From Escherichia phage Es2: a stretch of 64,000 nt of DNA. The notes under the pieces were generated by a model that saw only the letters and a program-made list of their open reading frames with translations, was not told the origin of the DNA and ran no database searches. Positions 9,423-19,223 of this stretch are shown here, piece by piece (position 1 is the first letter of the stretch; every line of letters starts with the position of its first letter). The stretch lies in sequence record OR515477.1; one strand, 5' to 3'. Position numbers and translations under genes: made by a program.

Positions 9423-9929
9423 TTACACCTTAAATTGTTGTAAGGATTTACACATTTCAAGATCTGGGCTAAATTCTAGCATATAGCTAACAGCTTTTAA
9501 ATCTTGAAGATTTACCCCAGTCCTACCATTGACTATAACCGTTGGATACTGGTACATCATAGCACCAGCATCATCCAGCACACACCAATGTTTGAGCTTA
9601 TGCTTTTCAACGAAGCGAAGAACAGAATTACCCCTAGATAATCCACCCCCGGTAAAATCCGTTGTACCAAGAAAACGATCGATAAGACCTAATCCGGTCA
9701 TAATCTGAACGTTCTCCATCTCATTTCTGACAGAGAACCAAGATGATACCCCAACAATCATTATTGAAGAGGGACGAATAAAATCCTGAAAAGCCTTGAG
9801 AAGTGGCTTAAAAACCCAATCACTTCCGAAGAAGATCTTTTCATCATCCGGCGCATGGTGGTGCGAGATGCTCGAATTGAGCACCCCATCAATATCTAGA
9901 AAAATAACTGGAGTATTACTTATTTCCAT
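9423..9929 (-). CDS. HAD-superfamily phosphatase-like protein
   Basis: N-terminal FLDIDGVLN (DxDG[TV] HAD motif I). Confidence 0.55.
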   Translation of the reverse strand: MEISNTPVIFLDIDGVLNSSISHHHAPDDEKIFFGSDWVFKPLLKAFQDFIRPSSIMIVGVSSWFSVRNEMENVQIMTGLGLIDRFLGTTDFTGGGLSRGNSVLRFVEKHKLKHWCVLDDAGAMMYQYPTVIVNGRTGVNLQDLKAVSYMLEFSPDLEMCKSLQQFKV

Positions 9930-10098
9930 TTTTGTTCCTTTCTAAGAACGTATCATACTCAACCGTATCAACATATATGACACCATAGTCATCGGATTTA
10001 TAGTCCATTTCCCACAGCTCACAGCGATAACACCAACTACCATCCGCCCATACAAATATATCATCGGGATGTGTATATACAGATTTAACTATAGACAT
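9916..10098 (-). CDS. hypothetical protein
   Basis: 60 aa ORF overlapping neighbours by a few nt (coupled). Confidence 0.4.
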   Translation of the reverse strand: MSIVKSVYTHPDDIFVWADGSWCYRCELWEMDYKSDDYGVIYVDTVEYDTFLERNKNGNK

Positions 10099-10913
10099 AT
10101 TTGTTTCCCTGGCATATAAGGTCTACCCTCTAAATGAGCTTCCACACGAGCAATAAAATCAGGATCACTGAAAGCATCTACCGCACCTTTACTCCAGTAA
10201 GGGATACCACGTTCTTCCAACTGGTACATCTCACTACGAGTCATACCTTGATAGCCGGGCTCCGCTGCTAGAGCACTATCATAGTAGTTAACAACCATAA
10301 GTTTCGCAGCAGTCAAATTAAGAACAGGAAATAATTCCCAGTAGAAGTTAATTACTTGGTTAGAACAACCAACTACAATAATCATATCTTGACTGGTAAT
10401 ACTGTCAAAAACATTATACATTTCTGTGTATGCAGGAGCATGCTCTCCAAAGAAGATTACATTAGGTTTAACCCATTTATAATCATCTGGATCAATAGAA
10501 TTGTATCCTACGTCAATAATCCGTTTATTGCTACTATTATAGCTATCAGCTACAATAATCTCTTTTAAATATCCGTGAATGTGCAGAATGTCACTATGTG
10601 GAACGCCAGCACGTTCAATAAGGTCATCAACGTTAGTAGTCAAGTTTACTACTTGACCTGGATATTGTTTATACCATTCACCAATACGCAAATGCGCAAG
10701 ATTGGGTTCAACAGTTTTTAGCTCTTCACGACGTTTATTGTAAAATGCGTGAGTTTTATGATAAAAGTTACCACGAAAGGCATGAATATTACATACCTCT
10801 TCTAGATCATAATCATCCCACAATGCCTTACCGCTAGCAGTATCCGTACGGAAGGCTCGTACACCACTTTCAACGCTCAAACCTGCACCACTAATAATAA
10901 TTAATCTACGCAT
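10089..10913 (-). CDS. Sir2-family (sirtuin-like) NAD-dependent protein
   Basis: ISGAGLSVESGVRAFR (GAGIS..SGIP.FR-like), TNVDDLIERAG (TQNID.LH..AG-like) and HIHG motifs. Confidence 0.7.
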   Translation of the reverse strand: MRRLIIISGAGLSVESGVRAFRTDTASGKALWDDYDLEEVCNIHAFRGNFYHKTHAFYNKRREELKTVEPNLAHLRIGEWYKQYPGQVVNLTTNVDDLIERAGVPHSDILHIHGYLKEIIVADSYNSSNKRIIDVGYNSIDPDDYKWVKPNVIFFGEHAPAYTEMYNVFDSITSQDMIIVVGCSNQVINFYWELFPVLNLTAAKLMVVNYYDSALAAEPGYQGMTRSEMYQLEERGIPYWSKGAVDAFSDPDFIARVEAHLEGRPYMPGKQICL

Positions 10914-11127
10914 TTTTCACCTGTTCTCTGAAGTTTTGCCCAATACTGTCTAACAGCTCAGCTAACTCTTTATTGCCTTTCTCCATTAAGGTATTAGCAA
11001 TAACTTCTAGCATAGTAGCGCAGGATTCAACACCATCCTTATAGCCAGTTTCCCAGTGCTGCATTAATGCGTTTTCCAAAGCGGTGTTTAAATCATTATC
11101 GGGTAGCATCGGCTTCGAGAATGCCAT
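10906..11127 (-). CDS. hypothetical protein
   Basis: Six-frame ORF, 73 aa. Confidence 0.4.
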   Translation of the reverse strand: MAFSKPMLPDNDLNTALENALMQHWETGYKDGVESCATMLEVIANTLMEKGNKELAELLDSIGQNFREQVKNA

Positions 11128-11320
11128 AAAGTTTCTCCTCTAGTTCCATGATACGATTTTCATAAGAGGCACGCAACTTTTCAATTGCCAGCGCACGCAC
11201 TGTAACTTCATTAGAATTAATAGCTAATTGGGCCAGGTCTTCTGTTTCCATACGTCCGTTGTAAATTAAGCGATATTTAAGATGTTTCACATTCTTAGTC
11301 ATTATTAAACTCCACTGCAA
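11096..11320 (-). CDS. hypothetical protein
   Basis: Six-frame ORF, 74 aa. Confidence 0.4.
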   Translation of the reverse strand: MQWSLIMTKNVKHLKYRLIYNGRMETEDLAQLAINSNEVTVRALAIEKLRASYENRIMELEEKLYGILEADATR

Positions 11321-11675
11321 CTGTTTCTAGGTCTTCATCAGAAAAATTAGAGTATACATCTTTAAGGTATTGTTTAATGTCTTCAGTAATATCTTCGTAT
11401 CCCTCAGGACTACGTTGGTATACTTTTAGTACTCTATTATAAACAAATTCAATATCATACTTTATTTCACCCTCATCCTCGTCAAACAAGCAATCTGAGT
11501 TATACGGTGATACATCTAGATTTGTTTCTACCCAATCACCAATAATTGATGAATATCCAATACCCTCTAGATGGGAGTAATCTCCAGTAGATGCAAAAAT
11601 AGCTTCTCTAAGATCGTCTACGCCAAGATGGAAACCACCACATGTAGACTCAACTATATATGGTTTTAGATTCAT
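11295..11675 (-). CDS. hypothetical acidic protein
   Basis: 126 aa ORF downstream of promoter 11706-11734. Confidence 0.5.
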   Translation of the reverse strand: MNLKPYIVESTCGGFHLGVDDLREAIFASTGDYSHLEGIGYSSIIGDWVETNLDVSPYNSDCLFDEDEGEIKYDIEFVYNRVLKVYQRSPEGYEDITEDIKQYLKDVYSNFSDEDLETVAVEFNND

Positions 11676-11705
11676 AATTCATACCTCTCTCAAATTTATA
11701 AATCT

Positions 11706-11734
11706 ATTATATATAAATTTTTGGCTGAAAGCAA
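11706..11734 (-). promoter_or_regulatory. early-type sigma70 promoter (minus strand)
   Basis: Reverse complement TTGCTT, 17 bp, TATAAT, then ATTTATAAATTTGAGAGAGG. Confidence 0.6.
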
Positions 11735-11770
11735 ATAAAATAAAAGCCAGGTCGACTAGCAACCCGGCTG
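11733..11770 (-). terminator. rho-independent terminator after nrdD (minus strand)
   Basis: Reverse complement AGCCGGGTTGCTAGTCGACCTGGCT followed by TTTATTTTATTT. Confidence 0.6.
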
Positions 11771-11776
11771 ATTAGC

Positions 11777-13651
11777 TTATTTAGCTCGAATATCCTGATG
11801 TTTCACTCTGCCCATAACCTCGTGCTGTTTGCCAGGGTTAAATGGACGAGCACCTGGATTTCCAAGATACCCACAAACTCGACGAGTTACTTCAAGAGTT
11901 TCGGGGTCATGATTACCACAGATAGGGCACTTAAATCCATCTTCGGATGCTACTGTTTCACCTAAGAATCCACATTTACCACAAGAATCCACTGGAGTAT
12001 TAATACCGAAGTAATGAACTTTACTAGCAGCATAATTAATAACCCATTCCAGTGCATCTGGGAATCGTTTCATATCTGGTAGTTCTACATAGGAAATGCA
12101 CCCACCAGAAGCAATCGGAGTAAAATTAGATTCATAATCAAATTTCACATTGGGAGCAACTTTGCGTTCTACATCAAGGTGGTGCGAGTTAGTGTAGTAA
12201 CCTTTACTAAGAATATCTTCATGCTCCGGGAAATATTCACGATCTAAACGGCAGAAACGATCACATAAGGATTCAGATGGTGTAGCATACAGGCTATAAC
12301 CTAACTTAGTTTCTTCCTTCTTCTGATCGACTCTATCCCGCATGTACTGCAATACACGCTGAACAAACTTGATGCAGGTATCGGACATTGTGTCTACATC
12401 TTTGCCAAACATGAACTGTAGCATTTCATGGCAACCAATATACCCTAGAGATACAGAAGCACGGTTATAGAAATGATCGAATACATATTCATCAGGCTCC
12501 AAGCGTAACCCAAAGGCTCCTGACATATAGAGGATGGGTGCAGCTTTAGCTTGGATGTATTTTAAGCGATCAACTCTCCACTCCAATGCTTTTAGCGCTG
12601 TATCCACACGTAGCTCAAGCAAATCAAAGAATAGATCAATATTTCCTTCAGCTTCGATAGCAATTCTAGGCAAGTTTACAGAAACAACACCTAAGTTATT
12701 ACGACCGGCAGTTTCACCATCTTCTGCAGCAGCTAGGAATGAACGACAGCCCATAGAAACTTTGTAGTCTCCAGTAACTTCTACAACCTTGTCATAGCTG
12801 ATATAATCTGGATACATACGTTCAGACGTACATTTCATAGCTAACTTCTTGATGTCATAATTAACATCCCCTGGTTTCATGTTAACGCCATCACGGAGTA
12901 CAAATACCAGTTTAGGGAAGATAGCTGTACGCTTATTGATACCTAAACCATCCATGCGTACTTTCAGTATTGCTTTCTGTACTAGACGTGCTTCCCAAGA
13001 AGTTCCTAGACCAAAACCAAAGGTAATAAATGGACTCTGACCATTAGAGTTGAACATGGTATTGATTTCATATTCTAAACCCTGACAAGCGTCATAGACT
13101 TCTTTTTCAGTCATCTCCGTAGCCATTACGGATGCTTTAGCTTCATCCTTAGTCCAACGTTTTGCAAACGCATGATTTTTGTCATAGGATTTACGAACAT
13201 AAGGGGCTAATACTTCATCAAGGCGATCTACAGAAGTACCACCATACTGATGGGAGCTAACCTGAGTGATAATCTGAGCAGTAATAGCCGCCGCAGTAGT
13301 GATAGAGTTTGGAGTGCTAATTTCAGCATTACCAACCTTCATACCATTCTTCAACATATCTTCCAGAGCTACCAGGCAACAGTTAGTCATGCCTAATGCA
13401 GCATAATCAGCATCATGGAAATGAATATCCCCAATCATATGAGCATTTCGAATCTGAATTGGCATTTCTTCTAGAATCAGATACTTACTCAATTCACCTG
13501 CAAGCATATCCCTTTGTGTAGGGAAACGTTCTGAGGGTTTATTGGCATTATTAAACAGCAGCTCTTCATCTGCTGACCCTTCGATAATCTCTTTGCAGTT
13601 TCTAATTAACGCCTGCATTTCTTTATACTTTAGTTCTTCATTGCGATTCAT
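11777..13651 (-). CDS. nrdD: anaerobic ribonucleoside-triphosphate reductase (class III RNR)
   Basis: C-terminal glycyl-radical motif TRRVCGYLG, Cys-rich CGKCGF..CPICG zinc site, 624 aa. Confidence 0.8.
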   Translation of the reverse strand: MNRNEELKYKEMQALIRNCKEIIEGSADEELLFNNANKPSERFPTQRDMLAGELSKYLILEEMPIQIRNAHMIGDIHFHDADYAALGMTNCCLVALEDMLKNGMKVGNAEISTPNSITTAAAITAQIITQVSSHQYGGTSVDRLDEVLAPYVRKSYDKNHAFAKRWTKDEAKASVMATEMTEKEVYDACQGLEYEINTMFNSNGQSPFITFGFGLGTSWEARLVQKAILKVRMDGLGINKRTAIFPKLVFVLRDGVNMKPGDVNYDIKKLAMKCTSERMYPDYISYDKVVEVTGDYKVSMGCRSFLAAAEDGETAGRNNLGVVSVNLPRIAIEAEGNIDLFFDLLELRVDTALKALEWRVDRLKYIQAKAAPILYMSGAFGLRLEPDEYVFDHFYNRASVSLGYIGCHEMLQFMFGKDVDTMSDTCIKFVQRVLQYMRDRVDQKKEETKLGYSLYATPSESLCDRFCRLDREYFPEHEDILSKGYYTNSHHLDVERKVAPNVKFDYESNFTPIASGGCISYVELPDMKRFPDALEWVINYAASKVHYFGINTPVDSCGKCGFLGETVASEDGFKCPICGNHDPETLEVTRRVCGYLGNPGARPFNPGKQHEVMGRVKHQDIRAK

Positions 13652-13680
13652 TATACTCTCCTTCTCTAACTAAGACTACT

Positions 13681-13709
13681 ATTATAACTCATTCGAGGGC
13701 GGATGTCAA
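13681..13709 (-). promoter_or_regulatory. sigma70 promoter for nrdD (minus strand)
   Basis: Reverse complement TTGACA, 17 bp, TATAAT. Confidence 0.55.
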
Positions 13710-13760
13710 CAATATTTTACTATAAAGTTCTGTAACATGATCTGAGTCAAAAAATTTTAT

Positions 13761-13789
13761 TTGCCAATCTCTATTAAAAATTGTATAAT
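13761..13789 (+). promoter_or_regulatory. sigma70-like promoter (TTGCCA, 17 bp, TATAAT)
   Basis: Part of the divergent control region; followed by CACGCACTCGTGCACGC partial dyad. Confidence 0.5.
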
Positions 13790-13901
13790 CACGCACTCGT
13801 GCACGCAATATAAAATGATTATCTAGTATCACACATCTCACGTTAAAAGCAAGCAAATTTTTTATTTAAATGCAATATCATAGGCTTATTTAAAATTGTA
13901 G

Positions 13902-13930
13902 TTGCTTTTTACTGTATATATTGGTATAAT
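13902..13930 (+). promoter_or_regulatory. early-type sigma70 promoter for phoH operon
   Basis: TTGCTT, 17 bp (TG-extended), TATAAT. Confidence 0.6.
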
Positions 13931-14003
13931 ATATTTGTAAGTTGATAAACAAGATCTTTTTGTTGATCCTCTGTTAGCGAAATACACTATAGGAGTGTTA
14001 TTT

Positions 14004-14756
14004 ATGGGAAAAGCACGTCAAAAAAGAGAGAACCGCAATGGTTCAAGAAAGCGTGGCAACAAGTATGAGAATAACGTAATTCAGGCTGATTTTTCTAATG
14101 ATTACGCTAACCCAGTTGCTAAATCCCTAGTAGGTAAAAACCGCGAGCAAAAATCATATATCAATATGATCAAGAACAACACAGTGACTGTGGGTATCGG
14201 TGAGCCAGGTACTGGTAAAACCTTTATTCCGTCCGTTCTTGCAGCTCAGGAACTCGTAGACATTCACTCAGATATTGAGCAAGTGATTCTCGTCCGTCCT
14301 AATGAACCTCTAGGTAAGTCTCTTGGTATGCTTCCTGGTGATCTAGCGGAAAAGCTAGAGCCTTGGTTGGAGCCAATAGCTGATGGTATGAAATGGGCCA
14401 TCGGCGATCATGCATATAAAGGATATGTCGAACGTCAGAAAATTAAATTTTTGGCTATCGAACATGCTCGTGGCAGAACTTTCAACAACTCCTATGTAAT
14501 TGTCGATGAAGCTCAGAATATTTCCGTTGAGGCAATGATTTGTCTCCTAACTCGTGTAGGACAAGACTGCCGTTTAATTATCTGCGGAGATATAGCTCAG
14601 AAAGACATTAAAGGTGATTCAGGTCTAGCACTCCTTATGGAAGTCTATGAGAAATACGAAAATGCCCCCTTCTCAATGATCGAATTGATTGATAACGTTC
14701 GTTCTGTTGAGTCTAAAGCATTCTATGACATTTTTAAAGACATGGGGAAGGTGTAA
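14004..14756 (+). CDS. phoH: PhoH-like ATPase
   Basis: Walker A GEPGTGKTF, Walker B-like VIVDEAQN; ATG 14004 with AGGAG upstream. Confidence 0.75.
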   Translation: MGKARQKRENRNGSRKRGNKYENNVIQADFSNDYANPVAKSLVGKNREQKSYINMIKNNTVTVGIGEPGTGKTFIPSVLAAQELVDIHSDIEQVILVRPNEPLGKSLGMLPGDLAEKLEPWLEPIADGMKWAIGDHAYKGYVERQKIKFLAIEHARGRTFNNSYVIVDEAQNISVEAMICLLTRVGQDCRLIICGDIAQKDIKGDSGLALLMEVYEKYENAPFSMIELIDNVRSVESKAFYDIFKDMGKV

Positions 14757-14757
14757 T

Positions 14758-14979
14758 ATGGGAAACGTCGTTCATCTGAGCCGTAAAACTAAAATACATC
14801 GTACTTCACTGAGTGCTGCTAATATGATTACACGTAAGGAAGGGGAAGAAAGTCCTAAGACAACCCTAGCATGGAAAATTGTAACCTCAAATCCAAATAA
14901 ACCATTCAATTATAACGAGCTGAGCACCTCCATAGATATTCTATTAAAAGAAGTAGCTAGAGCTAAAGTAATTGAATAA
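14758..14979 (+). CDS. hypothetical protein
   Basis: ATG immediately after phoH stop; 73 aa. Confidence 0.45.
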   Translation: MGNVVHLSRKTKIHRTSLSAANMITRKEGEESPKTTLAWKIVTSNPNKPFNYNELSTSIDILLKEVARAKVIE

Positions 14980-15121
14980 GCTAAAAAGCTAGACTGACAA
15001 CACAGAAGGCCTGGGTATGAAAATACTCGGGCCTTTTCTATCAGAAAATTTTATTTGCCTAATGACCGATAATAAAGTAGAATATTTCCTAAATCCTGAT
15101 AACTATAAAAAGGAAAACCAA

Positions 15122-17452
15122 ATGAGCCATCGTATTGAAAAAGTAATTAAACGTGACGGTACTGTAGAAGACTTTGCTCCTGGAAAAATCAATGGTTGGG
15201 CAGAGTATGGTTGCAAAACAGTTGATGTAAGTTGGTCAGCCATTACTATGGCTGCTCAAAAAACTCTACCTAAAGGGGTTGTAGATTCCGATACTCTGAT
15301 GGACGCATTAATTAAGGCTGCTGAAAGTCTTATCAAAGATAACCCAGCATATGATGTGCCGGCAAAGGAATTACGTCTTGCGCAAATGCGTAAACGTCTT
15401 TATGACTCTTTCGAACCGCCTTCTCTGCGCTTCTTCCACGACCATATGGTTAGCGTAGGTGCATGGGAAGATATGAGTGCATGGATTACCGATGAGCAAT
15501 TTGAAGCTCTGAATCAGGTTATCGACCATGATCGTGACCGTCTTTTTACTAGTGGTGGGCTGAAGCAGTTCTTTGATAAATATTCCCGTCGTAACATAGC
15601 CACTGGTGAAATTTACGAAACCCCGCAGTTTGCCTACATGGGTATGGCAATGGCGATGCTATCTCAACCTAACTGGACAATTCTAGATGCAATCGATCTC
15701 TACAATGCAATGTCGCTCCACAAAATCAACGTTCCTACGCCGCCACTGGTTGGTCTGCGCTCTAGTGACCGTGGATTTGCTAGTTGCTGCCTCGTGGATT
15801 CCACTGACACGTTGGATTCAATCGACACCGCCGAGCACATCGTCTTCAAGATGGTCGCAGCCAGAGCGGGAATCGGGTATCATCTTGAAAGCCGATCAAT
15901 TGCTGATCCGGTGCGAAATGGGGCATTCCCGCATTCCGGAAAACTGCCATATTATCGACACATTGACCGCTCAGTAAAGGCCAATACTCAGCAAACTCGT
16001 GGTGGTTCTGCTACAGTGTCTTATCCATACTTCGACCCTGAAATCATTCAGTTGATGCAGGTTAAGCAACAACGTGCTACAGACGAGAATAAAATCGACA
16101 AGATGGATTATTCTCTGAATTTCAATAATCTTTTGTTAAAACGTTATCTTAAAAACGAAGATATTACGCTAATGTCATACTTCTATGCTCCAGAAGTTCA
16201 TGAAGCGTTTTATAGTGATGACGAGGCTAAATTTGAAGAAATCTACGTGGCAGCGGAGAAACGTGTGGCATCTCTTACAAAGATCGACCACGAAGGAAAA
16301 ACAGTTCCAGCAGCTCCTAAAGTCTCTGCAAAAGAAATCCTAGATACTTGGCTACGTATCCGAATGGAAACAGGACGTATGTATGCTCATCACATCGGGG
16401 AATCTAATCGTCACGGTAACTTCCTTGATCCGATCCGTATGACAAACCTTTGTGTTGAAATTACTCAGCCTACACGCCCGTTCCATCATATTACAGAGCT
16501 GTACAAGACAAAAGAGCAGCTTGATCAAATGAAGCCGGAGGATATTGGTGAAGTATCCCTGTGTAACTTAGGTGGTGTTGTACTTGGACGCATGGAATCT
16601 CTGGCTGAGTGGGAAAAAACTTGCTATATTCTTCTGAAATTCGTTGATACCATCATTGAAATTCAGGATTATCCGTTCCCAACTATGGAATATACGGCTA
16701 AGAAACGTCGTAACGTTGGTATTGGTCTGATGAACGCAGCGGGTGCAATGGCAGCGGAAGGTTTGGCTTACGAAGGTATTGAAGCTCGTAACTGGATCCA
16801 CCGTGAGGCTGAAAAACTATCTTACTTCCTGCATAAAGCCTCTGTACGCCTGGCTAAGGAACAGGGTGCATGTGAGTGGTTTGATCGTACTAAACCATCT
16901 AAAGGAATTCTAGTAATCGATACGTACAAGAAAACTGTTGATGAACTGGTATCCGTAGGTCTAGAAATGGATTGGGAGTCTCTGCGTGCAGATATTCTGA
17001 AATACGGTATGCGTAACTCTGTTCTGACTGCTCAGATGCCAGGAGAAAGTTCTTCTGTTCTGTTAGGTGTTACTAACTCTATTGAACCGCCTCGTAAGAT
17101 TGTATCTATCAAAGGTAGTGCAGTGAATAAAGTAATTGCAATTGCCCCGGGTGCAACCGATTGGGAAACGTTAATGAGCTATAAACTGGCTTATGATGTA
17201 GATCGTATCGAGTGGATCAAATGGGTAGCAACTATGCAGAAATTCTTCAGTCAGTCTATCAGTACGAATATGTACTATGACTACACCAAGTTTGAGAATG
17301 AAATCATTCCTGGCCCAGTAGTAGTTCGTGATTTCATGACTGCTGTTAAGTATGGGTGGAAAACTTGGTATTATGCTAACTTCAACACTGCAAATGGTGG
17401 AGGTGCAGGAGAAGAAGCAGCAGGTTGTGCATCCGGTGGTTGTACTATTTAA
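15122..17452 (+). CDS. nrdA: ribonucleoside-diphosphate reductase alpha subunit (class Ia)
   Basis: N-terminal ATP-cone-like region, active-site TNLCVEI, C-terminal CASGGC tail; start at MSHRIEK with RBS. Confidence 0.8.
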   Translation: MSHRIEKVIKRDGTVEDFAPGKINGWAEYGCKTVDVSWSAITMAAQKTLPKGVVDSDTLMDALIKAAESLIKDNPAYDVPAKELRLAQMRKRLYDSFEPPSLRFFHDHMVSVGAWEDMSAWITDEQFEALNQVIDHDRDRLFTSGGLKQFFDKYSRRNIATGEIYETPQFAYMGMAMAMLSQPNWTILDAIDLYNAMSLHKINVPTPPLVGLRSSDRGFASCCLVDSTDTLDSIDTAEHIVFKMVAARAGIGYHLESRSIADPVRNGAFPHSGKLPYYRHIDRSVKANTQQTRGGSATVSYPYFDPEIIQLMQVKQQRATDENKIDKMDYSLNFNNLLLKRYLKNEDITLMSYFYAPEVHEAFYSDDEAKFEEIYVAAEKRVASLTKIDHEGKTVPAAPKVSAKEILDTWLRIRMETGRMYAHHIGESNRHGNFLDPIRMTNLCVEITQPTRPFHHITELYKTKEQLDQMKPEDIGEVSLCNLGGVVLGRMESLAEWEKTCYILLKFVDTIIEIQDYPFPTMEYTAKKRRNVGIGLMNAAGAMAAEGLAYEGIEARNWIHREAEKLSYFLHKASVRLAKEQGACEWFDRTKPSKGILVIDTYKKTVDELVSVGLEMDWESLRADILKYGMRNSVLTAQMPGESSSVLLGVTNSIEPPRKIVSIKGSAVNKVIAIAPGATDWETLMSYKLAYDVDRIEWIKWVATMQKFFSQSISTNMYYDYTKFENEIIPGPVVVRDFMTAVKYGWKTWYYANFNTANGGGAGEEAAGCASGGCTI

Positions 17453-17459
17453 TAAAAAT

Positions 17460-17487
17460 AAGGAGATCTTCGGGTCTCCTTTTTCTT
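17460..17487 (+). terminator. rho-independent terminator after nrdA
   Basis: AGGAGATC-TTCG-GGTCTCCT followed by TTTTCTTT. Confidence 0.65.
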
Positions 17488-17553
17488 TGAAATTTTACTT
17501 GCTAATCGCTACCAGATTTGCTATAATATCTCCATTAGTTAAGGAGATTAGTT

Positions 17554-18078
17554 TTGATAACACAAGATGAATTAAAAAGGGTTCTGGAATATAATCCAGA
17601 TGAAGGAACATTTACTTGGTTAGATAATCAAGAAGTACATAATAAAGTAAGAGGGCTACCTGCCGGTTGCTTAAAACCGCACTCAGTAGATCCTAACCGA
17701 AAAGATTTAGTAATACAAATCAACGGTAAGAAGTATCCTGCACAAAATATTGCTTTCCTGTATATGACAGGAAATTTACCCAAAATTATGGTTGATCATG
17801 TAGATGGAGATCCACTAAATTATAGGTGGAATAATCTAAGGGAAGCAGACTGGCAGTTAAATAGTCAAAATAGAAAAACCAGCAAAAACAATATATTGGG
17901 TACTAAGAATATTAGGAAGAAAGGGTCTGGGTTCCAAGTTAGAAAATCCATTAACGGAAAAGAATATGTGAAAACTCTTCCTACGCTAGAAGAAGCGATA
18001 GAATATCGAGATTCTTTAATCCTCTCTATAACCAAAGACCCAACACTACTTAGAAACACAGATAAACAGGAGAACTAA
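17554..18078 (+). CDS. HNH homing endonuclease-like protein
   Basis: DHVDGDPLNYRWNNLREA HNH motif; TTG start 7 nt after AAGGAGA; inserted between nrdA and nrdB. Confidence 0.6.
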   Translation: MITQDELKRVLEYNPDEGTFTWLDNQEVHNKVRGLPAGCLKPHSVDPNRKDLVIQINGKKYPAQNIAFLYMTGNLPKIMVDHVDGDPLNYRWNNLREADWQLNSQNRKTSKNNILGTKNIRKKGSGFQVRKSINGKEYVKTLPTLEEAIEYRDSLILSITKDPTLLRNTDKQEN

Positions 18079-19223
18079 TGACAACTTTACTTAACTTAAA
18101 CTGGGACCATACCAATAAAGATCTATTTCTTGGTGATTCTCTTGGTATTGCAGATTATGTACGAGTAGCCCATCCAGAGCTAGAAAGGCTGGCGTTATTA
18201 GCTCGCTCTCAATTTTGGACTGAAACTGAAATCAGTCTGGAAGCAGATAAGAAACAATGGCCTAATCTCCCACGTGAAATTCAGGAAATTACACTCCTGA
18301 ACTTAGCATGGCAAACCCAAACCGACTCCTTTATCAGTCGTGCCCCTGAAGCAGCTATTATGCCGCTTGTAAGTCGTCCAGAATTGGAAGGTATGCTCAA
18401 GCAGTGGAGCTACTTCGAAGATCTGCATAGTCGTGCTTATAGTAATATTATTCGTAATGTGCTGACTGATCCAGCAGAATTTATTGATTCTGTAACCAAA
18501 AACCAGGAAGCATTCGCACGTATCGCTGATTCTGTTGAACTATTCGATGAACTGTACCAGTTAGGTCAGTATTTCATCGCAGTACGCGATCATCGTGGCG
18601 ACAATACATACCCAGAAACTGAGTTCCCTGAAGTTAAACGTGAAACTCAGTCTAAACTATTAGACGCTTACTTTGCGATCTATGGTCTGGAAGCAATGCA
18701 GTTTTACGCATCCTTTGCATGTACCTTTGCATTAGCAGAGAACGATATTCTGCAAGGTATTGCTAAAAATCTGCAATTAATCGCTAAAGATGAAGCTCTG
18801 CACACTCAGATGTCCAAAGCAATCATCCAGATTATGTTTCAGCAATTTGACAAAGATCTGGTAGATGAAGCAGTGGCTAAAGCACCAGCACAGCTCCTGA
18901 AAACTCTGAAAACTGAAATTGAATGGGGTCATTTCATTTTCAAAGGTCGTAGTCTGATTGGCTTGAATGCAGAACTTCTAGAAGAATATCTGTACTTTGT
19001 GGGGCGTAATGCATTTATGCACATTGGTGTAGAATGGCCTAGTCATTTACCAGTAATCACCAAAAACCCTATTCCGTGGATCATGAACTGGTTGGATACC
19101 ACTTCTTTACAGCCTGCTCCACAAGAAATCCAGATTGGTGCAGCTTACCGTGTAGGTCAGGTAACTGAGACCTCTACTGATACTCTGAAAGATTTGGGCA
19201 ATGAATTTGGAGATTTCCTATGA
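18078..19223 (+). CDS. nrdB: ribonucleoside-diphosphate reductase beta subunit
   Basis: Di-iron ligand pattern (EDLHSRAY, DEALHTQM), size 381 aa, follows nrdA. Confidence 0.75.
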   Translation: MTTLLNLNWDHTNKDLFLGDSLGIADYVRVAHPELERLALLARSQFWTETEISLEADKKQWPNLPREIQEITLLNLAWQTQTDSFISRAPEAAIMPLVSRPELEGMLKQWSYFEDLHSRAYSNIIRNVLTDPAEFIDSVTKNQEAFARIADSVELFDELYQLGQYFIAVRDHRGDNTYPETEFPEVKRETQSKLLDAYFAIYGLEAMQFYASFACTFALAENDILQGIAKNLQLIAKDEALHTQMSKAIIQIMFQQFDKDLVDEAVAKAPAQLLKTLKTEIEWGHFIFKGRSLIGLNAELLEEYLYFVGRNAFMHIGVEWPSHLPVITKNPIPWIMNWLDTTSLQPAPQEIQIGAAYRVGQVTETSTDTLKDLGNEFGDFL

